DNA from: the human T2T-CHM13v2.0 reference genome, Homo sapiens
NCBI RefSeq assembly: GCF_009914755.1
Contig: NC_060930.1
Length of the DNA: 64,000 bases
Strand: one strand, 5' to 3'
Below are positions 61,441-64,000 of this stretch, piece after piece; the stretch's first letter is position 1, and each line of letters opens with the position of its first letter. A model generated the notes under the pieces. It saw only the letters and a list, made by a program, of their open reading frames with translations, did not search any database and was not told the DNA's origin. Made by a program: the position numbers and the translations under genes.

Positions 61441-62044
61441 CCTTGGAAGAGAGGACTTCTTGGACACCTAACCCGGAGGGAGCAGAGCTTCTGAGTGCCC
61501 AGGAGAGGGAGGCTAGGGAAGTGGGGGACAGTCAAGAGTGGGGGGACACAGGCAGGGACTGTGCGACTCCACCCAACACAAAGACTCAACGAGTATGCAC
61601 GTGACTACACGTGAGTGTGGAGGGCTTGGCCACAGCCCTGTCTTCATGACAGCACAGCACAAGGCTGATGGGGAGGGATAAGGTGACCAGAGGTACAGAT
61701 GCAGTAAATGTCTTGGAAGTGGGCCTCAGCCTCCCCATTTACAGAGATTAGACTGGGCTATGTAGCACCGTCCCACCCACACCCAGAAGCAATCGCACAC
61801 CCGTGTCAGAAACTGGAGCCATAGGGACCCCAAACCCCTACCTGGTGTCCCTGGGGCATTGTTTGTAATTTTATGCTAGTCACCCAGGCTTTGTAAACTC
61901 TGGGCCCTGACACCCCAGCTGGACAGGGCTTGCAGGGTATCTGGATTAAGCCATACAATTCTGGTAACCACTTAGCTGGGAAGAGGAAGCATCAGATGGG
62001 TGTCGGGGGAGACTGAAATAACAACACAAGCAGTGACACAGACA

Positions 62045-63030
62045 CCTGGGAGGAGACAATCACATTATTTAACCATCAGTCAGCATGGAAGCTGGGCACA
62101 GGGTCCTGGGAGTCCCTTCCATATGCCACACATTAACCCTTTAATTGCAGGATCAGGGAAAGTGAGGGGTGCCCAGGGGAGGGACAGGGGTGGCAATGAA
62201 CATACTCAGTGGCTCAGGGCCATGGCAATTTACCAGCCAATATAGAAGAATTTTAATATTCCAGCCATCTGCGGGATGCAGCCCTGCACACACCCCACAC
62301 TATTCCGTTTCTTCCCTGGGGGAGCATCCTGGCCCTCAAGTAGCAGGCAGTGCCTGCCAAACCCAGACCAAGTGGAAGAGACAGTGGGCACATGGGCCAG
62401 GCAGCCAACACCTGTGGGTTAGAGAGCCCCACCCTGGCAGAGTCAGAGCCCTGAGGCCAGGGAGACCACATATTCCAACTTTCACAGTGGGTGCGACAGG
62501 TGAGGTGGGAGGAAGGTGGGAGGGAGGTGGGGTTCAGCCCTGAAACCCCCCTACACACAGTCACTGAGGAAAGTCCTGACTCCAGGATGTGGGTGCCGGA
62601 GCCCACCCCCGAGACCCCTGTCTTCAACATCTGCTGATTTTTGTTGGCGTTTCTCTTTTTTGTTATTTTGCTTTCCACACTTTAAATAATTAATACAATT
62701 ACTTTTAAATACAAAATACGCCATGTCCTTTCTCTTCTCTTCCATTTGTTTGGGGTGATTGGGAGGTGAGTTTTAAATAAGGGTCTCAGCTCTCTAACGG
62801 GTAACAGGCTCCAGGTGGGAGGGCCAAGAGCCCCAGATGCCACTCCTCCCGTGGGGTGTCCAGGCAACCACTTCACCCCTCCCCTGGCCTGCCCCGACTG
62901 AGGGCTCTCCACGCCCTGGCCCAGGGCTCCCTAGATAGTGAGGAGCCCTCTTGGGAGGTGGCACAGAGCTGATGTTGTGGGATTCCAGGTGGGCCTGGTT
63001 CCGAATGGACAGGATCAGACAGAGACGGTC
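62045..63030 (-). other. COL11A2: COL11A2 3' UTR (end approximate)
   Basis: Follows TAG stop; ATTAAA variants near 62140 and 62252; no clear AATAAA. Confidence 0.6.
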
Positions 63031-63273
<243 letters not shown>

Positions 63274-63487
63274 TCAGGGTGACTCAGGATGTACAGACTG
63301 GCAGTGTCTATGTGCCCATGCGTGTGTGTTTGCTTCTCCCCCACCGTGTGCCTCTGCTGGGCAGCCATGTGCCAGTCTGTGTACACGTCTGCATTAACCT
63401 GTGTGACGCTGGTGTTTGTACCCAAGTGAACCTCACCCGATGGCTTCCATCCTTTCCACCTTCCTCACCGGCTTTTGAGCTCCCTCA

Positions 63488-63850
<363 letters not shown>

Positions 63851-64000
63851 TCAGAGGGGGAGAGAGAGGGCTGGCCTCAGAGGGAGACAGAGACGGGCCT
63901 CAGGAGCATCTACGGCACCAGGACAGCTGAGCCAGAGTCATGAGCAGGGAATGGCTGGAAGGCAAGGGCTGGGAAAGAAGTGAGGGGCTGAGTGGGAGCC

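Noticed and set aside
60932-61589. 159- and 205-aa ORFs
   Set aside because: Stop-poor CpG island sequence with no protein similarity I recognise.

Overview
This is human genomic DNA from the centromeric end of the MHC class II region (6p21.3). In order, it holds an unprocessed COL11A2 fragment pseudogene (COL11A2P1; homologs of exons 2, 3, 4, 9, 10; minus strand), the complete HLA-DPB2 pseudogene (plus; exons 1, 2, 4, 5 open, 1-bp frameshift in exon 3, near-intact X-X2-Y promoter), the truncated HLA-DPA3 pseudogene (minus; exon 1 and half of exon 2), a repeat-dense spacer, a CpG island, and the last two coding exons plus 3' UTR of COL11A2 (minus). Two two-LTR proviruses sit in the pseudogene introns (a tRNA-Pro-primed MER61/LTR9-type element with a nested HML-2 LTR5, and a tRNA-Leu-primed MER57 element), alongside two MER11 solo LTRs, L1/L2/MIR relics and about 30 Alus. 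Nearly all ORFs in the supplied track are chance ORFs in repeats. I cannot support a wholly new biological system here. The best leads are: a DPB-intron-1-like segment fused to the COL11A2 relic; an open exon-3-skipped DPB2 frame whose beta-1 domain has lost two invariant peptide-backbone contacts; a 26-bp insert in an Alu matching an LTR 11.7 kb away; a tRNA-like cassette inside a provirus; and CTCF motifs, two of them inside a provirus. Family names and reference comparisons come from memory, not from a database search.
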